Assembly (NCBI GenBank): GCA_964016885.1
Contig: OZ024740.1
Coordinates: forward strand, 94,612,001 to 94,676,000
DNA from: Eledone cirrhosa
Lineage: Eukaryota
Reading direction: 5' to 3'
Length of the DNA: 64,000 nucleotides
The translations under genes and the position numbers were made by a program. A model generated the notes under the pieces. That model saw only the letters and a program-made list of their open reading frames with translations, was not told the DNA's origin and made no database searches. Of this stretch, positions 25,288 to 36,411 are shown in pieces; positions within the stretch are counted from its first letter, which is position 1; the number at the start of each line of letters is the position of its first letter.

Positions 25288-28045
25288 GTCGTTATTCCTT
25301 GAATCTCAGTCATTGATGTTGGTTAACTGGAAAGTCCGTTGGAATGAATATCAAGCCACTACCTGCAGCCTCAGATATTCAGGACGTATCGGAGGGTTCT
25401 TGCTGTTCCAAGCAAGCATGCCTTTTGAAGCGTTCCAAAAAGCGTGAAGGGGCCGATTTTCTTTAACCATCCCTGGAAACTTTTGGAGATAGTCCCCAGT
25501 GCGCCTAAGACAATCGGGATCACTTTGACTTCATGGCAGTTGCAAATCCTTTTCACCTCCCACTTTAGGTCCTGGTATCGGTTAACTTTCTCCCTCTCCT
25601 TCTCTTGCACTATCGTGTCGAAAGGGCAGGCCACATCCACAATCGGACACGATTTTTTTTCTTTGTCCACAACCACCAGGTCAGGTCTATTGTGTTCCAG
25701 TTTTTTGTCCGTCTGTATCCTAAAATCCCACAGCACATTCACCTGATTGTGCTCCATCACCGCCTCTGGCCTATGCTCATACCATTTCTCAGAATGTGGT
25801 AAATTGTTTACTGTGCACAGGTGCCAGTGGATCACCCTGCCCATCACATCGTGTCTCCAGCCCTTATAGTGGGTCTGGGCTAGGTGTTTACACTCGGACA
25901 CAATGTGAGCCACAGTCTCCTCTCTCTCACCACAGATCCTGCACAGTGGGCTAGCCTCCTCCTTGTAAATATGGTGCTTCAACCACTTCGTTTTGAGGGC
26001 CTGCTCCTGCGCAGCCATTAGCATTCCTTCTGTAGCCTTTTTGAGGTCTCCTCTTCTCAACCAGTTCCATGTCTGTGGATCTCTAAATTCAGTTTTCTCA
26101 AAGAAGGTATTATGAAGGGATTTTCCCTTAAGGCTGCTCTTCCTCCTTGATGTTATTTCCTCCTTGGACAACCCCTGGCCTACTGTCCCCTTCTTCAGTA
26201 CAGTTCTGAGCATTGGCGCCTTACTATAGGTCACGTATATGTATAGGTTGTTTTTCTCCATCTGAACACAGTCCTCTATGCTGATAAGACATCTTCCACC
26301 CTCAGATCTCCTTAGGTAGAGTCTATAGACATCACTCCTCTTGTGGAACATGTTGTAGATAGTCAATAGCTTCCTAGTCTTCCTATCCATTTCTTTTTGT
26401 TCAGCAACATTCCATCTCAGAATTCCCGCACTGTACCTAATAATAGACACAGCTCGGGAATTTACTGCACTTATGGCATTCCTACTGTTCAGATGTGACT
26501 TTAATACGCTCCTTACTCTCCGAAGGTATACAGTTCTTATCAATTCCTTCATTTTTTGTTCTTGATGTCATCAGACTCCAGAACGCCCAAATACTTGTAT
26601 CCTTCCTCATAGTCAATTTCCTTCTATCATCTCACCTGTTGGTATCTGGATTCCGTTACTTCTGCTGAACTTACCCCTCCTCATCACAATGACTCCACAC
26701 TTACTAATACCAAATTGCATACATATATCATTGCTGAAAATACGGAGAGTGTCAACAAGCACATCCAACTTCTTCTCACTCTTCACGAAGATCTTAAGAT
26801 CGTCCATGAAGAGGAGGTGATTGACGGTAAGCCCTCCCTTTCCCAACCTGTATCCTGCTTTTACTGTTCGCAGTCCACTGGTCAGGGGCATCAGCGCAAG
26901 GAGAAACAACAGAGGGGACAGACTATCTCCCTGGAAGATACCTCTCTTGATCTTCACGCTTCCCACGGATTCTCCAGTTGATGTTAACTCTGTTTCCCAG
27001 GACTTCATACTTTTGCCCAGCAACTGTCTGATTGTACCTGCCACCTTGAAGATCTCCAGGCTTTTGGTGATCCAAGAATGAGGCACCATGTCAAATGCCT
27101 TTTTGTAGTCTATCCATCCCATGGCAAGTCCAGTGTGTTTCCTCTTGCAATTCCTCATTACCATCTTATCAATAAGTAGCTGGTCCTTTGTACCACGTGA
27201 CTTTTTTCTGCATCCCTTCTGTTCGTCCGGTAACAAGTTGTTTGTGTGGAGGTGATGGTAGATTTCCTCAGACATAATGCTTGTCAACAGTTTCCACATT
27301 ACGGACAGACATGTGATAGGTCTATAATTGTTAACATCATTACCCTCGATTCGCTCTTTCATTATCAGAACTGTGGTACCTTTTGTGAACCTCTCTGGTA
27401 CGTCACCTGACATCAAGGAGTCATTCAACATGATTGTCAGTTTCGGGTGGAGGGATGTTATGTTTTAAATCCAATACCCCTGCACACCATCTGGGCCAGG
27501 TGATTTCAAGTTGGTTAGTTTTTTGGCCTGCCCCTTAAGTGTTTCAACTGTGATACTCAAATGAGTTTGTTGTTGTGCCTGTTCCTTGATCTCCTTCTGT
27601 ACTGTCTCAATCCACACTGCCTGGTCATTATGTTTAACATCCTGCTCCCATTTTCCTCTGCAGAATGTTTTAGTTTGTTCCCCCTCAGGGATCAGGTCGT
27701 TGCCTCTTTCTTTCCCTTCAAGCTGTCCAAACAGCATCTTCTGGTTGTTGTCGAACATGCGGTTCTGTCTATACTGACTGGCTCTGTTATCGTATCGTCT
27801 GAATTTTGCACTCATTGCTACAATGCGTTGCTTCAGTTCCTCAAGATAATATTTAGATTTTTCCTCCTAGTTTTGTATTTTATTTCAAGTCTATTTTTAT
27901 TGCCAAGGTGTTTTAGTGTCCCATTCAGTAGGGACTCAAGCTTTCCAATGCCATTTCTCATTTCCCTGATTTGACCACTCAGTCGTTTCTTCCACCAAGG
28001 CTCTGCTCTTTATTGTCTGTGGTTTCCTCTCGCTTTTTCTTTTTT
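25288..28045 (-). mobile_element. R4/Dong-clade non-LTR retrotransposon A (RT plus RLE endonuclease), 5'-truncated and disrupted
   Basis: KSPGPDG, YRPITCLSVMWKL, EQKGC, WIDYKKAFD, GIFQGDSLSPLLF, HLLFMDDLK; CRIC..EETVAHIVSEC, RHD, RPDLVVVDK..IVDVACP...KVNRY. The 3' end abuts (TAA)n. Confidence 0.92.
25371..27815 (-). pseudogene. Disrupted RT-RLE ORF of Dong-like element A
   Basis: Three ORF-track pieces (27465-27815, 26613-27431, 25371-26552) are separated by an in-frame TAA at ~27465 and by indels near 26550-26620. Confidence 0.88.
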
Positions 28046-28060
28046 ATTATTATTATTATT

Positions 28061-30045
28061 TGCATTTATCTTGCTTTATGTTTATACGAGTTATCACCAA
28101 GTCACAACCAGTGACCTCAAGAGACAACAAGGTCCGCCATGTTCAAGAAAGAACACACATATTCACACATGCATCCTTAGTGTTTAGACTTGTGATGTAC
28201 TTATATTGACAGGATCTTCCTTAGTATATGGGCAGTTCCCATTAGTACTATCTTTTGTATTTCTCCTATACGCGGGTTTCCTGGGATTTGCGATAAGTAG
28301 TCGTTAGACCCCTTAGGTATCATTCCCAGAGCGCCTACAACCACTGGTATTGTTTTAGTTCTCAATTTCCACATTTTTCCAATTTCTATCTCCAGGTCCT
28401 TATACTTGCTCAATTTTTCAAATGTTTTTATAGATACATTCTTGTCTATTGGAACAGACATATCAATTAGCAGGCATACCCTCCTTTGAAAGTCCTTCAA
28501 TATTATATCAGGTCTATTTGCATCTATTTTTCGGTCTGTTTGGATGCTAAAGTTCCACAAGATTGAGATGTGATCTTTTTCAAGTATGGGAGGTGGTTGA
28601 TGCTCCCACCAATTCTTTTGATGGGGCAGGTCAAAATGCTTACACATTATCCAATGTATGTATTGTGCAGCTCTGTCATGCCTGTTTAGGTATTCGGTTG
28701 GAGCTATAGGACTGCACATTGAAATTATATGGTCAATGGTCTCTGGTTGTTTTTTGCATACACGGCATAATGGGCTGCACCCATTTTTTATTATGTTGGC
28801 TTGGTAATTTTTTGTTGGCAGACACTGATCTTGTGCGGATATAATCAGTCCTTCAGTCTCCGATTTCAGTCCAGAGGATGCCAACCACTGATGGGTTAAA
28901 GTTTTGTCAACATCAGGATTGTTAGCTCGCTCTGGGTATTTTCCATACAGAGGCTTTTCTTGCCATTTCTTAGCCAGTTTCTGTAGCAGTTCTTTCTTTG
29001 CAGTTACTTTTACCTGCTTTGCTTTTTCTGTGTTTTCCATTTCAGCAGTAAATGGGACTTCTGAAATTTGTAGTCCATTACTGTATCTTTGTGCATCTTT
29101 TGTAATGGAATATGATCTTTTGGTGCTTTCGTGTTTCAAAACGAGTTCGATCATCCAATCATGTGATTCCCTTAGATATGTGGATAATCCAATTGTTGCA
29201 GTTTTCAACGCAATGTCTAACTGGATTAACCCACGTCCTCCTTCTTTCCTAGGGAGATATATTCTATCTATGTCTGCCTTAGGGTGATGCATTCTGTGCA
29301 TGGTTAAAAATTTTCGGATTTTTGTATCGAGCCTACGGATATCTGTGCTTGACCAGTTGATGACATTGTAACTGTAGGTTACTACTGGTATGGCAAGCGT
29401 GTTTATGGCATCGATCCTATTCCTTGCATTCAATTCCGTTCTTAAGATTGCTCTGACTCTGCGGTAACATTCCTTCCTTATCCTTTCCCTCATTGTCGAG
29501 TGCTTGATTCCGTCTCCTTCACAAACACCTAGATATTTGTAAGTTTGTTCTTGATCAAGCTCTCTTATCACGTTCCCCCGATCAAGATTAATGTCTGAAC
29601 TCTTCAGCAGCTTTCCTCTGGTGAACGTTGCTTTGGCGCATTTATCCAGTCCAAACTCCATTTTAATGTCATCACTGAACTGCTTCACAGTGGATAATAG
29701 CCCTTGCAATTGTTCATCATTTTTTGCGAATAGTTTCAGGTCATCCATGTAGAACAGGTGATTAATGGTTTTGTCATAGACTCTATATCCATGTTTTGTT
29801 TCATTGAGCATTTTACTTAATGGTATAAGTGCGATGCAGAATAAAAGCGGTGATAAAGAGTCACCCTGAAAAATTCCACAATTAATGTTAACTTCTCCAG
29901 CTTCCAGTGATTTTGTTTCACTATTCAAAAGGAGTGTCGTTCTCCATGTCCTCATACTGAATGACAAAAACCTCCTGACAACGGGGGATATTTTGAAAAT
30001 CTCTAAACATTTTTCAATCCAACTGTGTGGCAAACTATCAAATGC

Positions 30046-30049
<4 letters not shown>
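28061..30049 (-). mobile_element. R4/Dong-clade non-LTR retrotransposon B, 5'-truncated, flanked by (TAA)n on both sides
   Basis: Uninterrupted RT-CCHC-RLE frame, 140-bp 3' UTR and (TAA)n tail. Its protein sequence is clearly different from element A, so it is a distinct family. Confidence 0.92.
28201..30033 (-). CDS. Reverse transcriptase (from KAFD motif onward), CCHC zinc finger and PD-(D/E)xK restriction-like endonuclease (5'-truncated)
   Basis: 610 aa open frame with GIFQGDSLSPLLF, HLFYMDDLK, YKYLG, CRVCKKQPETIDHIISMC, RHD and RPDIILKD..LLIDMSVP...EKLSKY. It continues upstream as KAFDSL to the junction at ~30049. Confidence 0.9.
   Translation of the reverse strand: MPHSWIEKCLEIFKISPVVRRFLSFSMRTWRTTLLLNSETKSLEAGEVNINCGIFQGDSLSPLLFCIALIPLSKMLNETKHGYRVYDKTINHLFYMDDLKLFAKNDEQLQGLLSTVKQFSDDIKMEFGLDKCAKATFTRGKLLKSSDINLDRGNVIRELDQEQTYKYLGVCEGDGIKHSTMRERIRKECYRRVRAILRTELNARNRIDAINTLAIPVVTYSYNVINWSSTDIRRLDTKIRKFLTMHRMHHPKADIDRIYLPRKEGGRGLIQLDIALKTATIGLSTYLRESHDWMIELVLKHESTKRSYSITKDAQRYSNGLQISEVPFTAEMENTEKAKQVKVTAKKELLQKLAKKWQEKPLYGKYPERANNPDVDKTLTHQWLASSGLKSETEGLIISAQDQCLPTKNYQANIIKNGCSPLCRVCKKQPETIDHIISMCSPIAPTEYLNRHDRAAQYIHWIMCKHFDLPHQKNWWEHQPPPILEKDHISILWNFSIQTDRKIDANRPDIILKDFQRRVCLLIDMSVPIDKNVSIKTFEKLSKYKDLEIEIGKMWKLRTKTIPVVVGALGMIPKGSNDYLSQIPGNPRIGEIQKIVLMGTAHILRKILSI

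Positions 30050-30110
<61 letters not shown>
30050..30110. repeat. (ATT)n target microsatellite
   Basis: About 20 ATT units between the Dong B 5' junction and Tx1 copy 1. Confidence 0.97.
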
Positions 30111-30323
30111 GAATGCCATGGTTGACGGAGGCTCGGCTCTGTAAGGTATAGTAATTTTTAACCGTTAAAACAATTGTAAATTGTTTAAAACTTGAACCAA
30201 ATTGTTGATAAAGACACCCTCCTCCTCGTGAGAGGGGTCTTTCTGTCCGTTATTTGGCCCTTCGGGGTTAAATAACCAGTTATTGGGGTTTTGTACCCAA
30301 AATTTCATTTTAAACAAAAAAAC

Positions 30324-32417
30324 ATGGCTACCAAAAAGAAATTTCATACGTCACTCCCACTCATTCCGTCTTCTTCTTCCTCAATCATCACTACAGCAGA
30401 GAGAAGATTGTCTCTCTCCCTCCCTTCTTTAAATGTGTCTCTCTCCCTCCCTTCTCTTTCGCAAGCCACGAAAGAAAAGAAAAGTCTCGTGCAAAGCGTG
30501 CAAGGTTTCTCCACGACGACGACGACAGCGACGAAACAGGTGTGCGGGAAATACGAAAACCCAGTTCATTCGTCTGACGTCAGGAATAATAGCAGTAGCA
30601 GCCGTAATAACAACAGCAACAGTGACAATGAAAACAACAGTAGCAGCCGCAACAGCATCACCAGCAGCATAAACAACAACAGCATTAGCAGCAGCAACAC
30701 CAACAACAACCACAGCAACAGCGGCGGAGGCAGTAGTCGTAGTACCTGCAGCAACAAAAGTACCAGCAGCTCTGACGACAACAACAACAGCAGAGAAAAA
30801 CCAATCTCATTTGCAGGTATTGCGAAAAACCTGGAAACAATCCTCATAACAAATGAGGAATTAGAGGAAGCGAAGAAGATGGTGACAAAGAACGGACACC
30901 GAGCAATCTGCAAGGCAGCGAAAAATTTTTTCGAAACCCAAGAGCACTGTACGGTCACGTACCGTACAGTAAGTACAAAATCCCGTAGGGTGGAAAGAGC
31001 CACAGAGGCCCAAATACAAAAAGCCTTGGGGTCTGTGTGGCAGAGGAAAACGCACATCACCCGAGGCAAAAAATACGCCACCGTAGACGTACTTTTTGCC
31101 ACACCCCAGGAGGCAAAGGCCCAATCAGTAGTGACCCTAAGGAGCGAGGAAATGGTGTTGGTGCCCTCCTACTGTGGGCAAAAAATTGTGAGGGTCAAAC
31201 TGACCCACGTCCCCCCCGGAATGACCCCTTCTTGGCTGGCCGCGTCTGTCCTCGTCGGAATCGAGGACAAAACAACTGTACTGCAAGTACAGAAAAAAGT
31301 AAGAGAAGATTGGGTCGGCTCCTCCATTGAGATGCTAATCCAAACCAACCAGGAGTGCATCGAAGCTATCCCGGATGTGATAGACTTCGATAACGGCACT
31401 CAACTGCCCATAAGTGTTGAGGGCAAACGCCCGAAATGCTTTCGCTGTGGATCGAAGACTCACCTCAGGGCCTTCTGCAACGAGAAGACCATGAGAAAGG
31501 AGAAAACCCCCCTCCTCCCGAATCCGGTTCCACGGCTACCAGCAACAGGACAAGCGGCAACCAGGAACGATAGGTCCGTGGCACCCATACCCACTCCACG
31601 GAAATCAAAGACAGCAGCAGCAGTGGAAATATTAACAACAACAACAGCAATACCAAATGCAGCTGCAACAGAGACTCCAGTGCAAACATCACCAACAACA
31701 ACAAGTGAAAGAGTGGAGCTGGTACCCCTCCCCGACCTTACAGAATCAGACATGGAGTGTGAGGTGGGAGAGGGATGGCAAAAGGTCGTAAGAAGGCACA
31801 AACGCAGAAGCAGCGCATCGTCGCCTTTGAAAAGGGAGGAAAGAAATGAGAAAAGGGTAAAGTCTACTGCAAAGAGACCCACAGCAGCAACACCACCAAC
31901 ACCATCACCACCCACACCAGCACCACCATCACCACCGGCGACAACCCCACCGCCAACAACACCTTCAACACCACCACCACAAGCACCAACATCGCAAACA
32001 CAACAACAAAACACACACACCCAGCAACAACGACAAGAAAATAGCAGAACCACACCCCACCCCCAGAAAAACAAATGCACGGCAATAAACACACACAACA
32101 AGAAACTAATGACTTACATAATTGAACACACAGACATTTCACAACAGGACTACATAATACCAGCACCAATCAAAACGCCAACTAACATAAGACTGCTAAA
32201 AATAGCACAGAAACAATACACAAACATTAAAACGAAATTCCCCAACGCAGTTGGTGATTTCAGGGACCTAGGAGGAACCATTAATCGAAGAGTATATTCA
32301 GACATTCTCTTAGAAGAGCCGACGACCAGCCGAAGGGACGATTCAACGGTCCCTTCACCAGACGATCAAGTGAAAAGGGATGTAAAAACCATCCCTCCTC
32401 TACCAAAAGTACGGTAA
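30324..32417 (+). CDS. ORF1 protein (Ser/Asn-rich N-terminus, central folded domain, one CCHC zinc knuckle, Pro/Thr-rich tail)
   Basis: First ATG at 30324 (MATKKKF); the ORF track start at 30291 is TTG. CFRCGSKTHLRAFC fits C-x2-C-x4-H-x4-C, typical of Tx1 ORF1. Confidence 0.88.
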   Translation: MATKKKFHTSLPLIPSSSSSIITTAERRLSLSLPSLNVSLSLPSLSQATKEKKSLVQSVQGFSTTTTTATKQVCGKYENPVHSSDVRNNSSSSRNNNSNSDNENNSSSRNSITSSINNNSISSSNTNNNHSNSGGGSSRSTCSNKSTSSSDDNNNSREKPISFAGIAKNLETILITNEELEEAKKMVTKNGHRAICKAAKNFFETQEHCTVTYRTVSTKSRRVERATEAQIQKALGSVWQRKTHITRGKKYATVDVLFATPQEAKAQSVVTLRSEEMVLVPSYCGQKIVRVKLTHVPPGMTPSWLAASVLVGIEDKTTVLQVQKKVREDWVGSSIEMLIQTNQECIEAIPDVIDFDNGTQLPISVEGKRPKCFRCGSKTHLRAFCNEKTMRKEKTPLLPNPVPRLPATGQAATRNDRSVAPIPTPRKSKTAAAVEILTTTTAIPNAAATETPVQTSPTTTSERVELVPLPDLTESDMECEVGEGWQKVVRRHKRRSSASSPLKREERNEKRVKSTAKRPTAATPPTPSPPTPAPPSPPATTPPPTTPSTPPPQAPTSQTQQQNTHTQQQRQENSRTTPHPQKNKCTAINTHNKKLMTYIIEHTDISQQDYIIPAPIKTPTNIRLLKIAQKQYTNIKTKFPNAVGDFRDLGGTINRRVYSDILLEEPTTSRRDDSTVPSPDDQVKRDVKTIPPLPKVR

Positions 32418-32452
32418 GTGGTCTTTCCCATCTTTTCCACTCTATTTTAAAC

Positions 32453-35400
32453 ATGACCTCACTCAGAATAGGCAGCATAAATGCGCGTGGCTTGGGGTCG
32501 TCATGGAAGCAGGGTCACCTGCTCAACGACCTCAGGTCACTAAACATAGATGTAGTGGCCATCAGCGAGACCAGAATCTCCGAAGCACGGGCCTTCGCAC
32601 CGATCTTCGGCGGCTACGATGTGTACGCATCTCCCAGCCGTCCTGGATCGGGTGGAGGAGTTGCTGTGCTTTTTCGGAGAGGTTTGGATCTCGCCATACG
32701 GGCCATCTTCCTGGACCCAGAGGGTAAGCTGGTGGTGCTGGACGTGACCAGCGGAGACGGGCAAGCTTTCAGGCTAGTGGCCGTCTATGCCCCGACAGGA
32801 GCAGGGCGGCCTGATTTCTTCCGGCGTCTGGAGACCTTTCTTGGAACGTCCCGCTCTTTAGTGTTAGTGGGCGACTGGAACGGGATCTTAGATGCACGCT
32901 GGGACTGTGTGGGATTAGCGGATAGGGGTGGAGGGTGCAAGAGCCTCACCAACCTGCTCAGGCGTTTTGAACTGTCTGACAGGTACCGATTGGATTTCCC
33001 GAATGTGCCAATGTGGACTTGGACAAATCGCATAGGGTCATCCAGATCATATCTAGATAGAGTATTTTGTAGGGAAATAGATAGGTCTAGCATAGGCTGT
33101 CCACAATTCAAGATAGTCAGCTACACGGACCACAAATTCGTGATCTGTGTGCTTGACTTAGATAGGCTTCATAGACGAGGACCCGGCTACTGGAAGCTAA
33201 ACGCGTCCTTACCAGCGCGCAAGGCCTACAGAGACCGGATTAGCGAACTAGTTAAGCGGGCGTTGACGGGGGCCATCGTCAACAACAAGTGGTGGTTTGC
33301 TCTGAAAAGAGCGATTAGAATAGAATCGATTAGGTTTAGTAAGGCTTTAGCAATAGAGAAAAATAGAGCAGAGGGAGAACTAGTTAGAAAATTAGACGAG
33401 GCGCTTAGCAAAGGCATTGCGACCGACGTGCTTGCGGCGAAATTGGCCCTTGACCAATTCTTCAATGCAAAGCACGAAGGCTGCGTTGTCAGAGCTAGGG
33501 TGCGTGCTCTCAGACACGAGGGGACGAAAGCCGTTCAATGGGCCCGAGTGGCGGAGGCGCGTCGTGGCAACAAAGCCACGATCCGGTCTTTGGTGGACCA
33601 CGACGGGCGCATGCTACTCGATCCCGGGCAAATGTGTGAAGCTTTTCAGCGACACTTCGCTCAGCTGTTCGGGGGCAGCGGGGGGCCGGGTAGAGGGATG
33701 GACTTTAGTGTCTACCTCGACGGACTGCCGCGGCTCTCGGCCACTGAGGCGAAGTGTTGCGAAAAGCCGATAACAGCCGCTGAAGTAAGGGAGGCAATGA
33801 CTGGCTGCACAAGGGGTAAATCGCCTGGTTTGGATGGTCTGCCCTATGAACTTTACGTACAGATGCCAGACTTGTTCGGAGGCCTCTTGGCGGACGTCTA
33901 CTGCAACTGGCAACAGAACGGGAGAATTCCCAGTTCTGTGAGCCGAGGAGCGGTGGCACTGCTGAGAAAGGATCCGAACAAGGGGGATAACATAGACAAT
34001 TTCCGGCCCATAACTCTGCTAAACACAGAGTTTAAGATTTTGGCCAAGGTGCTAGCAAAGAGGTTGGCGCTTGTCGTTGGTGGTCTGGTGGGAGAGGCGC
34101 AGACATGCGCCATTCCCGACAGATCCATCCACGACAACCTCCACCTCATGCGATACATCGTAGAGAGGGTAGCTAGGGAACCTGGCACGGGTGGGTCCTT
34201 GATCAATTTAGATCAGTCGAAAGCTTTCGATAGGGTCGACCATCGTTACCTAGCGGCAGTCCTGAGGGCGGCTGGCTTTGGGCCCGTCTTCAGAGGCTGG
34301 ATCGCTGCCATGCACAGCGACATCTGCTCTGTGGTGAGAGTGAACGGTCACCTGTCGGAACCGTTCAACATCATGCGCTCGGTCCGCCAAGGATGTCCCC
34401 TCTCGTCCCTCTTGTACGTATTGACTCTCGAGCCATTACTGCACAAACTGGAGACGTTGAGGGGGGTCCCGCGCGAACTAGGATGCGGAAGATCCGTATC
34501 AGCATATGCGGACGATGTCACCGTAGTGGTGTCGAACGCCAAACACATCGAGGCGATCGGCACTACACTAAGAGAATACGAAGCGATGACAGGAGCAATG
34601 ATCAACCAGGAAAAGTCAGTGGGCCTGCAGCTCGGCACCTGGAGAGGCAGGTCCATGCCGTCCAACAGCGTCGTCGGACGCTGGACGGACGGACCGGTTA
34701 AATTGCTAGGGGTCTGGTTCGGTCCGGACCTCCAGACGGACAAAAACTGGGACGAGGTGACGAGCAGGGTGGCTTCTCTCACCCAGAAATGGGCCGAGAG
34801 GAAGCTATCCCTGAAAGGTCGAGCGGAGGTGGCTAACGCGTACATCGCGTCCGTCATCTGCTACCGCCTGACCGTCGTACCTTGTCCTAAGCCTCGCCTG
34901 ACTGTGCTGGAGCGTTTGCTCTTTCGCTTTTTGTGGAAGGGACGCGCTCCGATGGTCAGGCGGTCCATCTGTTGTCAACACCCGCTACGTGGAGGGCTGG
35001 GCATGCCGTGGCTGATGATGCGCAGGCACGCGCTCAGGCTACGACATCTCCACCTCTTCCTCGACGGTGATCAGGTGTGGTCGCCGTTTGCTAGACGCGT
35101 GTTTCCCCAGCTCGTTTCCTTGACGGAGCTGCAGTCCTGGGTCAAGCGAAGACCGAGAGGGAGCGCCTGGAGACTGGAATGTCTTCAGGCGCTCACAGCC
35201 CTCGACCAATCGGGCAATGTGATCGGTGGGAACTCCACCTCGGCGTTCTATAGAGGATTAGTGGAGGGGAAGAGCGACGACGTACTTGGGGAAACTCTAG
35301 GCGTCGACGAAAATCAACTAGCCAATCTCTTCGGAAGAACTTTCGGGCCAGGGCCTATGGACAACTTCCAGAAATCTCTGGCCTGGCAGTGCTACCGAGG

Positions 35401-35872
35401 AGCCTTGCCAGTTCGGGATAAACTCTACAGGCATGGAGGTGCCGTCAGCCGGGCATGTCCGAGATGCGCGCAGGGCGACGAAACCGTCCTGCACGCACTC
35501 GTCCAGTGTCCGAAAATTGCTGACTTGTGGGTTTATGTCGAACACCTGCTGTCGCGTTTAGGACGGATCCGGCTATCATCTGAGTCCATCGTGAGGATTG
35601 CCCCGCCCTCCTCCTTTAGCCGGGAAGGGCAGGCAGTTTTTATCTGCCTGGTGGCCATGGCGAAAGAGATAGTATGGTGGACACGTTTGAAAGGGCTGAA
35701 GACGAGCACTTACCTCTTCGGTGATGCTCTGATTGACTTTTTCAAATTTCATTTGAAAAGGAAAATCAGAGTAGAGAGGGAAGTGCTCTCTTCCCAGCAT
35801 TTTGTTGAAAGATGGGTGAGAGAAGCAAGAATGGCCCGAGTGAATGGGCCTACTCTGAGCATATATCTGTAA
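32453..35872 (+). CDS. ORF2: APE endonuclease, reverse transcriptase and C-terminal CCHC (1139 aa)
   Basis: SINARGL, ISET, VYAP, GDWN, YLDR, TDH (APE); KSPGLDGLP, FRPITLLNTEFKILAK, LDQSKAFDRVDH, VRQGCPLS, YADD (RT); CPRC..DETVLHALVQC. Confidence 0.96.
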   Translation: MTSLRIGSINARGLGSSWKQGHLLNDLRSLNIDVVAISETRISEARAFAPIFGGYDVYASPSRPGSGGGVAVLFRRGLDLAIRAIFLDPEGKLVVLDVTSGDGQAFRLVAVYAPTGAGRPDFFRRLETFLGTSRSLVLVGDWNGILDARWDCVGLADRGGGCKSLTNLLRRFELSDRYRLDFPNVPMWTWTNRIGSSRSYLDRVFCREIDRSSIGCPQFKIVSYTDHKFVICVLDLDRLHRRGPGYWKLNASLPARKAYRDRISELVKRALTGAIVNNKWWFALKRAIRIESIRFSKALAIEKNRAEGELVRKLDEALSKGIATDVLAAKLALDQFFNAKHEGCVVRARVRALRHEGTKAVQWARVAEARRGNKATIRSLVDHDGRMLLDPGQMCEAFQRHFAQLFGGSGGPGRGMDFSVYLDGLPRLSATEAKCCEKPITAAEVREAMTGCTRGKSPGLDGLPYELYVQMPDLFGGLLADVYCNWQQNGRIPSSVSRGAVALLRKDPNKGDNIDNFRPITLLNTEFKILAKVLAKRLALVVGGLVGEAQTCAIPDRSIHDNLHLMRYIVERVAREPGTGGSLINLDQSKAFDRVDHRYLAAVLRAAGFGPVFRGWIAAMHSDICSVVRVNGHLSEPFNIMRSVRQGCPLSSLLYVLTLEPLLHKLETLRGVPRELGCGRSVSAYADDVTVVVSNAKHIEAIGTTLREYEAMTGAMINQEKSVGLQLGTWRGRSMPSNSVVGRWTDGPVKLLGVWFGPDLQTDKNWDEVTSRVASLTQKWAERKLSLKGRAEVANAYIASVICYRLTVVPCPKPRLTVLERLLFRFLWKGRAPMVRRSICCQHPLRGGLGMPWLMMRRHALRLRHLHLFLDGDQVWSPFARRVFPQLVSLTELQSWVKRRPRGSAWRLECLQALTALDQSGNVIGGNSTSAFYRGLVEGKSDDVLGETLGVDENQLANLFGRTFGPGPMDNFQKSLAWQCYRGALPVRDKLYRHGGAVSRACPRCAQGDETVLHALVQCPKIADLWVYVEHLLSRLGRIRLSSESIVRIAPPSSFSREGQAVFICLVAMAKEIVWWTRLKGLKTSTYLFGDALIDFFKFHLKRKIRVEREVLSSQHFVERWVREARMARVNGPTLSIYL

Positions 35873-36133
35873 ATTAAAGGTGGAAAACTGGGAGAGGGCA
35901 CTTGCCTTGGTGGTCAGGGTCATTGTGGCTTTTTACTGGGCTTTCTCCACAAATGTCCCTCCGAAGTCTCCCCCCTATTGGGGAATTTTTCATTGTTATT
36001 TTCATTGTTATTTTTGTTACATCCTCTGTTTTTGTTTTTTTTACACGCAGAAATGCCCATTTGTACCGTCCTGCATTGTCCTGCACTGTCCTTAATGTCT
36101 ACTTTATGTAAACCCTTGTGGTTAATAAAGAAA

Positions 36134-36135
<2 letters not shown>

Positions 36136-36198
<63 letters not shown>
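36136..36198. repeat. (ATT)21 between the tandem copies
   Basis: Direct reading. Confidence 0.97.
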
Positions 36199-36411
36199 GA
36201 ATGCCATGGTTGACGGAGGCTCGGCTCTGTAAGGTATAGTAATTTTTAACCGTTAAAACAATTGTAAATTGTTTAAAACTTGAACCAAATTGTTGATAAA
36301 GACACCCTCCTCCTCGTGAGAGGGGTCTTTCTGTCCGTTATTTGGCCCTTCGGGGTTAAATAACCAGTTATTGGGGTTTTGTACCCAAAATTTCATTTTA
36401 AACAAAAAAAC

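Larger units (their letters stand above)
30111..36135 (+). mobile_element. Full-length Tx1/L1-type non-LTR retrotransposon, copy 1
   Basis: 5' UTR begins GAATGCCATGG. ORF1 and ORF2 are intact, and the 3' UTR ends AATAAAGAAATC followed by (ATT)21. Confidence 0.95.

Noticed and set aside
30205-30280. HDV-like ribozyme in the Tx1 5' UTR (CTC-CTCCTCGT-GAG resembles P3/L3)
   Set aside because: No upstream P1 partner or P2/J4-2 arrangement could be fitted, so it is reported only as hairpins.
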